In this document: positions 29,295 to 38,190 of the stretch, piece after piece | How positions within the stretch are numbered: position 1 is the first letter of the stretch | Layout of the letters: the number at the start of each line of letters is the position of its first letter | Assembly: GCA_020348985.1 (NCBI GenBank) | Contig: CP070761.1 | Location: 2,781,509-2,845,508 of the forward strand | Reading direction: 5' to 3' | DNA: 64,000 nt | Source: Candidatus Thorarchaeota archaeon | GTDB taxonomy: Archaea; Asgardarchaeota; Thorarchaeia; Thorarchaeales; Thorarchaeaceae | Position numbers and translations under genes: made by a program | Notes under the pieces: generated by a model | What the model saw: the letters and a program-made list of their open reading frames with translations, nothing else | What the model was told of the DNA's origin: nothing | Database searches by the model: none

Positions 29295-30149
29295 TTACGC
29301 TTCAGATGGTTCGGACGGACCATCTTCATCTTCAACTGATTTGGCCGGATTGGTAATCGCCTGAATGCTAACCGGGTCCATGTCTTTCCGGGGTATCGCG
29401 TTCCCGTTGATCCAAATGGAGTTGGGAGGAATAATGCGGTCCTTGCCAACCACTGTGTTGGCGGCAACAATTGAGTTGTCGCCTATTTCAGTCCCCGCGA
29501 AAACCATAGCGTGACCTCCCACGGTCACATTGTTGCCAATCTTCACGGTCTTGATATACAACCTGTCTCCATCATACATGTGCGGACATAGAAGTGAGCC
29601 ATACCCAACGATGCAATTCTTACCGATTTCCAACCTGTCAGGAGTCAAGACGTGCCCTCCGCCAATGATCGTTCCTCTTCCAATCTTGGCTCCGAAGTAG
29701 ATGTGTAGAAGTCGTGCATTCAGGAAGGCCGAAAAGAACCAGGTGAAGTGTGAGAAGATGGTATAGTACGATTGGTACATCTCGTAGAAGAGCCATTCAC
29801 CATTTGCTTTGTAATAGACTCCTTCGTCAAGATGGGGAATCGCCCGCCTGGAAAGGACAAACATGGCGCACAACACTGCAAGAAACATTCCATAGCAGAA
29901 CAGACCGAGGGGTACAATCAAGACAAAGAACCAGAACCTCTCAAGTGCAATCGCAGGAAGAACGCCTGCGAAAGCACCAGCAAAGAAACTCTGGATATTT
30001 GCGAATGGCCAACCGAAGCCTGTTAGAACTGAGTCTAGATTCTCAAATGCTGCCAGGAATACGAAAACCGCTGGCATCGCTGCGATGAAGATACTGAGGA
30101 GCATTGACAATGCCATGTAAAGGGCATATGCAATGTACTTAGGCTTCAG
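29295..30149 (-). CDS. Membrane-anchored left-handed beta-helix acyltransferase (paralogue 2)
   Basis: Clear tandem paralogue (GFGWPF..IQ.F, FWFF.LIVP.GL, FGAKIG, CPHMYDG). Probable CTG start at 30149; first ATG at 30116. Confidence 0.8.
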   Translation of the reverse strand: MKPKYIAYALYMALSMLLSIFIAAMPAVFVFLAAFENLDSVLTGFGWPFANIQSFFAGAFAGVLPAIALERFWFFVLIVPLGLFCYGMFLAVLCAMFVLSRRAIPHLDEGVYYKANGEWLFYEMYQSYYTIFSHFTWFFSAFLNARLLHIYFGAKIGRGTIIGGGHVLTPDRLEIGKNCIVGYGSLLCPHMYDGDRLYIKTVKIGNNVTVGGHAMVFAGTEIGDNSIVAANTVVGKDRIIPPNSIWINGNAIPRKDMDPVSIQAITNPAKSVEDEDGPSEPSEA

Positions 30150-30307
30150 CTTCAGACGCTCCTCTAGGGCTCTTAATCGTGGTCAATCGCCAGACTCCAT
30201 TTTTCAAGGTTTCCGGTACGGGCGGATACGATTTTGTCCTCGCAGAAACAGATATAGAGCCCACCAAATCGAGTCCGTAAGCCGCACTTACCCCTTTGGT
30301 GAAAGAT

Positions 30308-31543
30308 ATGACCTACGATCTCGCGATTGCCGGAACTGGCCCAGCAGGTTTGATGACCGCTGACCGAGCTTCAGAGAAGGGACTAAGGACAATCGTTCTC
30401 GAGAAACGGAACCACGTTACTGATTCCCTAATGGGCGAGCTAGTTACCGACAACGCTCTAAGACTGCTTCGCGTCAAACCTGATTCTGAATTTATCGGCA
30501 ACAAGTATAGTGAGATCGTGGGAGAGAGCCTAGACACTGGCGCAAACGTAGTAGTCGGTAAGGAGTTGCTAGGTAATGCATACCTTTTCGATGAAGACAA
30601 GTGTCAGGAGCTCATGAGAGACCGTGCCGAGGCAAATGGAGCAGAGTTCAAGTATGGAGCACGTGTCAGGTCGGTGATCAAAGAGAATGGCTCAGTTGTA
30701 GGGATGAAGTACAAAACCGACGATGAAGTTAGGGCCAAGCTCACTGTCGGTGCTGACGGTGCGTTTAGCAGGGTCTCAGAGACCGCAGGTTTTAGGTCAT
30801 TTGTCAAGAAATGGCTGCTGAGTTATGGATATCGATGGAAGCTGGAAAACTGCAAGGGCGTTGATCCTAACGTGGCTTACTTTTACGTTGGCAAAGATGT
30901 CGGATTGGGCTACCTATGGTTGTACCCGAGGAGTGAGTCCGAGGTCAATCTTGGAATAGGCCGTGTTCCATCTTCAAAGACAAATTGGGATGCGCTTCCG
31001 CCCATGCAGGAAGTCTTGAGGAAATACAAGAACAGCCATTCTGAGACAAAGGATGCGACGATTGCTTCGGTAAATGGTGGCGTCGTACCTTGCGCGGGAA
31101 TAATCCCCCGTTTTACTGATGCTGGCGTGGCTCTTTGCGGAAACAGTGCAGGCCAGGTCTCGTCGATCGTCGGCGGTGGCGTGACAACTTGCTTTCACGC
31201 AGGCACTCTTCTGGCCAAGCATGCCGCCAGAGCTATCGAAGAAGATGATGTTTCAAAGAAGAGCATTGAGAAGTATGAGAAGGAGTACAGAAAGACCAAG
31301 CTCGCCTACAACATAACCCAGACAGGCAAGGGGATGTGGGCAGTGTCCAAGTTTGCAATGTTCAACGATCCAATTGATGCAGCCGAGGTAGTGCTAGAGT
31401 CACTTGATGCAAGGACACTGAATGCTGCGATTCAGGGAAACATGAAAGTGAGTGACATCATGACTCTGCTGACCGACTTCTTGCCCATGGTGATGACAAT
31501 AGGAAAGGGTTACCTTCGGAGCATAGCAGTGAGTGGGCTCTGA
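30308..31543 (+). CDS. Geranylgeranyl reductase-family FAD oxidoreductase
   Basis: GTGPAG FAD motif, VGADG..SRV, GYLWLYP and GNSAGQV....GGG. Confidence 0.8.
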   Translation: MTYDLAIAGTGPAGLMTADRASEKGLRTIVLEKRNHVTDSLMGELVTDNALRLLRVKPDSEFIGNKYSEIVGESLDTGANVVVGKELLGNAYLFDEDKCQELMRDRAEANGAEFKYGARVRSVIKENGSVVGMKYKTDDEVRAKLTVGADGAFSRVSETAGFRSFVKKWLLSYGYRWKLENCKGVDPNVAYFYVGKDVGLGYLWLYPRSESEVNLGIGRVPSSKTNWDALPPMQEVLRKYKNSHSETKDATIASVNGGVVPCAGIIPRFTDAGVALCGNSAGQVSSIVGGGVTTCFHAGTLLAKHAARAIEEDDVSKKSIEKYEKEYRKTKLAYNITQTGKGMWAVSKFAMFNDPIDAAEVVLESLDARTLNAAIQGNMKVSDIMTLLTDFLPMVMTIGKGYLRSIAVSGL

Positions 31544-31779
31544 ATAGAGAGAATAAGGGGTAACACAGCGGCCCACTCGATTCCCAACTCTCTTGTTCGA
31601 ACAGTGGTGTACATTGTTCGTGCCCTCATGCTGGAAGAAGACTCGCCCAGCGCGAATGGGCCCATGTGTTACAACGACATCATCGTTGATGTCACTAATA
31701 AATCTGTTACCTGCGTTAACATTTATCGAGTTATTGTTTTGTGAATTTTCAATTCTGATTTCAAAATAGATGCAATTCA

Positions 31780-31940
31780 GAAAAGGAGAGAGTAGGTGAG
31801 GGGGGCCGTCACACGCCAGCTAATGCGGGGACCACCCCCTCGCCACCTGTTTTCGCCTAAGCAGAATGCCTGCCCATGCCCAGCACGAGGCTGAGTCAGC
31901 ACTTCTGTGCGAGAAGCACTTGATACCCGCTCTAATGCAG
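31780..31940 (-). ncRNA. Candidate structured non-coding RNA or strong terminator in a 500-bp intergenic region
   Basis: Long GC-rich stem (AGGTG.GAGGGGG...CCCCCTCACCT, 31794-31848) followed on the minus strand by a pyrimidine tract; TATA-like CTTATAT at 31961-31967 on the minus strand. Confidence 0.3.
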
Positions 31941-32040
31941 GAGTGTGTTCAGCACGACAGATATAAGAGTATTGTCGGGCGTTAACAGCACTTAAGTTAC
32001 TAAATAGCGACAACTAGAGCTCCATTTGGGTTAATTCGGA

Positions 32041-33132
32041 GTGGATGGCATGGCTAGAGCAAAATCGGTCAACAAGCAGAGAGTATACGGCGCCTTGGCA
32101 AAGCTAGGGTTGAAGATGGAAGATGAACAGGAGTCAAGATCAATCAGTCTTCTTCGGACAATACTAAGACTCCAGCAAAATGCAAGAAAGCCACTGATGT
32201 TCTCGGAAATCTATGGAGACTTCACAAGAGAGGGAGCTGGGGAAGGTCTCACAAAGGCATGGGTGCACCGCGTACTGAAGAAGCTTGTAGACGCCGGATT
32301 CGTTAGAGTCGAGAGCCCCACTGCTCACAGAAAGAGATACACCTCTGATGTCAATTCTATTATGAACGCTCTGGAGAAGCTTCGAAGTGAGAGAATTGAA
32401 GGGATTTCGAATCTCATGAAGGATCTTGAAGACGACTTGAGTGAAGTTGAGAAGATCGACCCAGGCGCTCTTGCTCAAGAACTTTTCCGGCAGGTCGCTG
32501 GAAGAGAACAACCAATTGGCTCTAGGTCCATCAAGGGCCTAGATGAATGGCACCGCGTGACGGATAGCACAATATTCCAGAAAGCGGAACCAGGAGACAT
32601 CATACGGACTTCTGTCATGAACATCGGCCCGTTCCTCCAAGGTGTGGAGAAAAGAATAGGAAGAGTCATTGCGGCGGGATCTCGAGGAGTGGATATTCGC
32701 TACATGATTCCACCGGCAATCTTCCGCCAGGACGATGAGATTAGAGAGAGGGTCCAACGTGAGTGGCTGGTGAACGCTCTAGGGCAATTTGCGGAGTTGG
32801 TGAACAAGGGAATGAGATTCGACGCCAGATTGAATGTAGGGATGGGCAGGTCTTTTGCATTTATCAGCCTGAATGATGAGTGTATAGCGTTGATGATCTC
32901 GGAGAACCCGATAATGGGAGCATGGATGACAAGAGACTTCAACCCCCATTTGATTGACAATGCATTAGCGGCATTTGACGAGACTTGGGAGAAATCGAGG
33001 TCTATTATTGGGTTGACACCATCTGACCTTGCGAAAATAGGTGCAAGTTCTGAAAGTTATCTTCATTCAATGATAGAGAAAGGTCAAGAGAGGGCAAAGA
33101 AGCGGCAAGGGGAAGACGAGGGTGAGAAGTAG
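32041..33132 (+). CDS. TrmB-like regulator (wHTH + coiled coil + PLD-like effector domain), paralogue 1
   Basis: WVHRVLKKLVDAGFV wHTH; C-terminal NPHLIDNA...FDETW. Confidence 0.6.
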   Translation: MDGMARAKSVNKQRVYGALAKLGLKMEDEQESRSISLLRTILRLQQNARKPLMFSEIYGDFTREGAGEGLTKAWVHRVLKKLVDAGFVRVESPTAHRKRYTSDVNSIMNALEKLRSERIEGISNLMKDLEDDLSEVEKIDPGALAQELFRQVAGREQPIGSRSIKGLDEWHRVTDSTIFQKAEPGDIIRTSVMNIGPFLQGVEKRIGRVIAAGSRGVDIRYMIPPAIFRQDDEIRERVQREWLVNALGQFAELVNKGMRFDARLNVGMGRSFAFISLNDECIALMISENPIMGAWMTRDFNPHLIDNALAAFDETWEKSRSIIGLTPSDLAKIGASSESYLHSMIEKGQERAKKRQGEDEGEK

Positions 33133-33134
33133 AT

Positions 33135-34073
33135 TTGAACAAGGAGGACTTCTCAAGAGCACTTGAGCTAGTAGGCATAAATCTACATGATGGACGTTCT
33201 CGCATTCTCCGAGCAATGCTCAGAGCTCAGCCGTCTCTGGGAACTCAAATCAGTTTCAAAGAGATGTATCAACAGCTCGGAAGGGAAGAAGGGGGAAGAG
33301 GGATGGCGAGACCCTTGGTGTATCGCTATCTCAAATCACTTGAAAAGGATGGACTAGTCGCCGTTGATAGAAGCGCGTATCGGCACACTTACTCTGTAGG
33401 TCTTGAAACTCTCACAAGTGCAATCGAGAACCTTCGCCTGCGCGCTTTGGAGAAATTAAGATTAGAGTTTGAAGCTGAGACGCAGAGACAAGAGGCAGTC
33501 GTTATGCCCTCAGCGGCCAGCATCGCTGCGGAGTTTATGATCTTCTTGGTCGGAAAACCAGAGAAACCTATACCAAAAACGGTGACTGGTCTTGAAGACA
33601 TCCAGAGACTAATCGATACCGAGATTTACGCGACTGCCAAGGAAGGCGATGTTATTCGTGCAACCATGGACTGGATAACACACGACAGAGACGTGGAGAA
33701 AGCCAGATACCAAGAAGCCCAAAGGCTGTTGGACATGGGTGTAGAGTACAGGACACTCATTAGACGACCATGGGCCCTTGATACGTCAATTGGCAAAATG
33801 CGTCGAAGATTCTATCAGGAGGCAAAGGACAGATACAAAGTCACCTATAGGTTCATGGACAAGAGAGAATGGGCCTACCAGCTTGTCGGAAAGAACCGTG
33901 ATGGCATTGTATTGGTGGTTTCAGAAGATCCTATTACAGCCATCTGGATACCGAGAAGCACAAACCCGATGATTGTTGATGATGCTTTGGACAGCTTTGA
34001 CCAGGAGTTTGAGGAGGCACAAGATATGTTGGATGGGAGTCTTGGAGAGGGAGAAACCGAGTATGGAGATTGA
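33135..34073 (+). CDS. TrmB-like regulator, paralogue 2
   Basis: LVYRYLKSLEKDGLV; C-terminal NPMIVDDA...FDQEF. Confidence 0.6.
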   Translation: MNKEDFSRALELVGINLHDGRSRILRAMLRAQPSLGTQISFKEMYQQLGREEGGRGMARPLVYRYLKSLEKDGLVAVDRSAYRHTYSVGLETLTSAIENLRLRALEKLRLEFEAETQRQEAVVMPSAASIAAEFMIFLVGKPEKPIPKTVTGLEDIQRLIDTEIYATAKEGDVIRATMDWITHDRDVEKARYQEAQRLLDMGVEYRTLIRRPWALDTSIGKMRRRFYQEAKDRYKVTYRFMDKREWAYQLVGKNRDGIVLVVSEDPITAIWIPRSTNPMIVDDALDSFDQEFEEAQDMLDGSLGEGETEYGD

Positions 34074-35028
34074 TAGAGAAGAATTGTGGCGTCATTTTGT
34101 CCCTGGATTGAGAACAAGAGAAACACAGGTCCTCCAGGCCATTCTTGAGATTCATCAAAAGCATGCAAGAGCAGCCACCTTTGAGGAGATTCGGGACGCC
34201 CTGACGGTTCTACTGGGCCGGAAACCAAGCAGAGTATGGGTGTATAAATGCATCAATGGAATCAGAGATGCCGGATTCCTTGAAGTGATACCTCATCCCA
34301 CATCGAATCGCTATCTGGCGAACGAAGAGATCATCTCACGAGCAATTCGACAGAAGAGGGAAGCAGTGGTCTCAGATTTCGAGGCGAGGAAGGCTGAGCT
34401 GCAGGAACAAATAGGATTCTTAGAGAATCTTGACTCGTACGCTCTCGCCGTCAGAACACTTAGAGCATTGACTGAAGGACGGGGAGACACTTCGGCCAAG
34501 ATTGTTGAGGGTATCAATAATGTGAGGCAGACCATTATTGATGAGATACTCGAAGTTGCCAAGCCAGGTGATGTGGTCAGAATACACCAAGACATCGAGC
34601 CACTGTCAACACTCAGAGGCCCAATGGGACCTGTTGAGATGAAACTTATTGAGATTGCCACAGAGGGAGTAGACGTTAGAGGGTTCATGACGGGAGGGCA
34701 ACTCAAGGAGAATGAATTCGGAGCACTAGCCAGCTTCTTCAGTAAGGCTGCGAGCAACTTGATAGAAGCTGCTGTAGGTGGGAATCTTCACTTTAGAATG
34801 AAACCGGACCTCAGTGCGACTTACAGGATTGTGGCACTTAACAGGGAAAGAATGATTCTAATCATGTCCGAGGGGGCACATCCCGATACGGTCATCTTCA
34901 TGACTCGAGAGTCAAACCCAAGACTAATAGATGATGCAGTGAATGTGTTCGACTCATTATGGGGAGAGAGTATAGACCTTCTAGCAAGACTTGGTGATAT
35001 GGTAGCCGACCTGAAAACGTCTCATTAG
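34063..35028 (+). CDS. TrmB-like regulator, paralogue 3
   Basis: GLRTRETQVL, WVYKCI..I.DAGFL; C-terminal NPRLIDDA...FDSLW. Start ATG 34063 overlaps the previous stop. Confidence 0.6.
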   Translation: MEIDREELWRHFVPGLRTRETQVLQAILEIHQKHARAATFEEIRDALTVLLGRKPSRVWVYKCINGIRDAGFLEVIPHPTSNRYLANEEIISRAIRQKREAVVSDFEARKAELQEQIGFLENLDSYALAVRTLRALTEGRGDTSAKIVEGINNVRQTIIDEILEVAKPGDVVRIHQDIEPLSTLRGPMGPVEMKLIEIATEGVDVRGFMTGGQLKENEFGALASFFSKAASNLIEAAVGGNLHFRMKPDLSATYRIVALNRERMILIMSEGAHPDTVIFMTRESNPRLIDDAVNVFDSLWGESIDLLARLGDMVADLKTSH

Positions 35029-35050
35029 CTCAAAATATCAACTGAAGCGA

Positions 35051-36127
35051 TTATGACTCTTGGGCATCATTCAGCCAAGTCCTATTTTCTGTCAGTGTCA
35101 GGAAGATATCGTCACAGACAGCCTGAAAGATCTCCCATGGACCGTACTCGCCACCTGCAGCATAGGGATGTCCGCCCCCTTTGAATAGCTTCGCAGCCAT
35201 ATCACATAGTACGGATTCGCTACCTCTGCGAAATCCGAGCATACCACCCTGTGTCAGGGTAATCATAAGATCAGCACGAGCTAGTTGCCGCCCTTCTACA
35301 GCCAGGTTGGTTTCTTCAGCCATGAACGTACCAATGTCAGTAGTGGTGATGCCCAGCGGTATTTGCACAATCCTGATGAGTCGTTCATGGACCTTCTGGT
35401 CGCAATGGTCTTTGAGAGCTCGCTTCATTTTCTTGAGCCGCTCTTTCCTGTAATTCCTTACCTGTTTTTCAAGCAGGTCATCTTTCAGTCGTTTTGCATC
35501 ATCGTCCCAGACTTCTTCGAGCCCCCCGTTAGCGATAGATGTGAGTAGTGGGCGGAGCGCTTCCGTCATATCGTCTTTTGATGCTATGGCCGCGAATCTT
35601 AGAACAGCTAGGGCATCAGCAAGCGCAGTAGCGGCTTCGACCTCACGGAGATTAAAGTCTGTGTCGTGAGCGATACGAGCAAGCTCTGCGCACACCTCAT
35701 CTCTCGGCATCAGCGTCTTGAACGCGATTTCAGCTGCGCAGAAGTCAGGATTCACTCTGAGAATCGGCTTGTTAGGAAGGGAGACAATCGCTTTCATAGA
35801 CCGCGTAGCCCAATTATGATGGTCCAGCCATACAATCTTGCAGCCCTGGGAGATGGCTCTTTTCAAACCTGAAGTGACCTGAGGAAGGATATTCTCATCC
35901 AGTCCCAAGTCAGTGATGACTATGATCGAATTCTTTCGGCTACCGATCTTCTTGAAGACCACGTCCATTGTGCCATAGTCGGTTAGGATCACATCGAAGT
36001 CCATACCTTTGCTCTCTGCGTACCTAGCAACTATCGCTGAGGCACAGAGACCATCGACGTCCTTTTCATGAGATACGGAAAGAATCGAACTGATCTTGGC
36101 GGTCTTGGGTTGGCCGCTTTCTGTCAT
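35051..36127 (-). CDS. DHH/DHHA1 family phosphoesterase
   Basis: H..DVDG, ITDLG, WLDHH and GGGHPYAAG motifs. Confidence 0.88.
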   Translation of the reverse strand: MTESGQPKTAKISSILSVSHEKDVDGLCASAIVARYAESKGMDFDVILTDYGTMDVVFKKIGSRKNSIIVITDLGLDENILPQVTSGLKRAISQGCKIVWLDHHNWATRSMKAIVSLPNKPILRVNPDFCAAEIAFKTLMPRDEVCAELARIAHDTDFNLREVEAATALADALAVLRFAAIASKDDMTEALRPLLTSIANGGLEEVWDDDAKRLKDDLLEKQVRNYRKERLKKMKRALKDHCDQKVHERLIRIVQIPLGITTTDIGTFMAEETNLAVEGRQLARADLMITLTQGGMLGFRRGSESVLCDMAAKLFKGGGHPYAAGGEYGPWEIFQAVCDDIFLTLTENRTWLNDAQES

Positions 36128-36276
36128 TATGCGGTTGTCTCCAGAATGAGAATAGCCCTTTTAGGCTTCAAATAACGGTATTGGTAAAGCACTATCTAGT
36201 CGGCTATAGGCTACAAGCACACTTGTGGTTTGAATATCCACAATACAAATTAATGCTAGGCAGTCTAGGACAATGC

Positions 36277-36849
36277 ATGGTGAGTGTGTTTAGGGGGCCA
36301 CCAGAGCCATACGAATTGACCTTCAAGCTAGCAGCTCTCGGCGACGCAGCCGTAGGCAAGACGAGCTGCCTGAGACGATACCGAGAGGGAACGTTCGATG
36401 CAGACTACACACCCACGTTGGGCGCTCTCTTCTCAAAGATGATGGTAGAGCTTGCTTCGACTTCTGGTCGGAAGATAATGACGCAGCTTGTTTTGTGGGA
36501 TCTTGCAGGTCAGGAATTGAAAGCAAGCTTGGTAAAGAAATACGTTGCAGGTGCTCGATTGGCGATTATTGTATATGACGTGACCAGACCTCAGACCTTC
36601 AAAGATGTCGATTTATGGTATAACATTCTGAAAGAGGCCGAACCTGACGCTACTGTCGCAATCGTTGGTAACAAGGTGGACTTGGTCAAACATGTTCCTA
36701 CAGAAGAGGCTAAGGCATATGCTGACTCAATTGATGCCTTGTTCTATGAGACCAGCGCCAAGACAGGACATAACATCGAGTGGATGTTTACAGATTTGAT
36801 TTATCATTTCTTCAAGAAACACGAAGAAATCAAGCTACTCAAACACTAA
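36277..36849 (+). CDS. Rab-like small GTPase
   Basis: GDAAVGKTS (G1), YTPTLG (G2), WDLAGQE (G3), GNKVD (G4), ETSAK (G5). No C-terminal Cys. Confidence 0.92.
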   Translation: MVSVFRGPPEPYELTFKLAALGDAAVGKTSCLRRYREGTFDADYTPTLGALFSKMMVELASTSGRKIMTQLVLWDLAGQELKASLVKKYVAGARLAIIVYDVTRPQTFKDVDLWYNILKEAEPDATVAIVGNKVDLVKHVPTEEAKAYADSIDALFYETSAKTGHNIEWMFTDLIYHFFKKHEEIKLLKH

Positions 36850-36941
36850 TGCTTGGCTCGTTGACACGTCGATTTGACCGGCCTTTAGTTCTTACAGTAA
36901 TCCTTTTGCTGTCCCGATGTTTCAGATTCTTCGGATCTACA

Positions 36942-38120
36942 ATGACAGATGACGAAAGAGCAATCTCCACAAGATGCGTTCACGGCAAGGATGTGCGGAC
37001 AGCAGGACCCGTGGCTACACCGATAGCTCAAACATCTACGTTCGTCTTCGAGGATCAGCAGCAGATCATCGATTCGGTTTCTGGCGTGTCTGGCCGCCAC
37101 TTGTATACGAGGTGGGGCAACCCTACTACTCATCAGGTCGAACAGAAGATAAGCGCCTTGGAGGGGACCGAAGAGAGCATTGTGTTTGCATCAGGGATGG
37201 CAGCAATTACGAGTACGATTCTGGGTCTCGTGAAGAGTGGAGAGATGATTCTTTCCACGGATTCGATCTATGGTGGATCGTTCAATCTCTTTCAGAAGTT
37301 GAGCAATGAAATGAGATTCGGGATAGACTTTGTGGACTGTGATGATTTTGTGGATAGAATCAAAGACTCAAATGGGTCCTACAAGCTATGCTACTTCGAG
37401 AGCCCCACCAATCCGACTCTGAAAGTAGTTGACATCAAGGCAGTCGCTGAGGCGTCTCGTTCGACTGGCACAATCAGTGTGATAGATAGCACGTTTGGGA
37501 CGCCCATAAATCAGCAACCACATCGCATGGGTATTGATGTCGTAATGCACAGTGCAACAAAGTATCTTGGTGGCCATTCAGATCTCATTGCGGGAACAAT
37601 CTCCGCGAGCTCAGAACTCATCAAGAGCATCAGAAAGTCATCAAAGCTCTTTGGCGGCACGCCAGATCCATTTGCAGCATTCTTGCTAGATAGAGGTATC
37701 AAGACACTTGCAGTTAGAGTCGAGCGGCACAATGAAAATGCAATGTTTCTCGCTTCAAAACTGTCAACAGACAAGAGAGTCAGACAAGTGCACTATCCAG
37801 GGCTTCCTAATCATCCCAATCATGATATAGCCAAGTCTCAGATGTCAGGTTTTGGGGGAATGCTGTCAATTGACCTCGATTGCGGCCGTGAGGAAGCGAT
37901 GACATTCGTTGACTCGCTAAACCTATTTCTCAATGCGGTGTCGCTAGGTGGAGTCGAGAGCCTAGTCAGTATTCCGACACTGACAAGCCACCATGACATC
38001 AGTCAGGAGACTCTATCTGAGATGGGTATCTCTGAGTCTACAATCCGGCTATCAGTAGGTATCGAAGATGCCAACGATTTGTACGCGGACATTATGCAGG
38101 CACTCGAGAAGATCTTTTGA
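36942..38120 (+). CDS. Cys/Met metabolism PLP enzyme (methionine gamma-lyase/cystathionine gamma-synthase family)
   Basis: YTRWGNPT, FASGMAAI, ESPTNP, HSATKYLGGHSD, SLGGVESL, RLSVGIE. Confidence 0.92.
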   Translation: MTDDERAISTRCVHGKDVRTAGPVATPIAQTSTFVFEDQQQIIDSVSGVSGRHLYTRWGNPTTHQVEQKISALEGTEESIVFASGMAAITSTILGLVKSGEMILSTDSIYGGSFNLFQKLSNEMRFGIDFVDCDDFVDRIKDSNGSYKLCYFESPTNPTLKVVDIKAVAEASRSTGTISVIDSTFGTPINQQPHRMGIDVVMHSATKYLGGHSDLIAGTISASSELIKSIRKSSKLFGGTPDPFAAFLLDRGIKTLAVRVERHNENAMFLASKLSTDKRVRQVHYPGLPNHPNHDIAKSQMSGFGGMLSIDLDCGREEAMTFVDSLNLFLNAVSLGGVESLVSIPTLTSHHDISQETLSEMGISESTIRLSVGIEDANDLYADIMQALEKIF

Positions 38121-38190
38121 TGATTGGGGTTGACAGTCTGGTCGAAACTGTTTTGAGCCGGCCCAAGATGTTGTTCGACGGCGGACTATC

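Noticed and set aside
31809-31856. Minus-strand frame reading AKTGGEGVVPALAGV-stop right after a TAG, reminiscent of a tmRNA tag
   Set aside because: No tRNA-Ala-like ends or T-loop found nearby, and tmRNA is not known in archaea; probably a by-product of the GC-rich stem.
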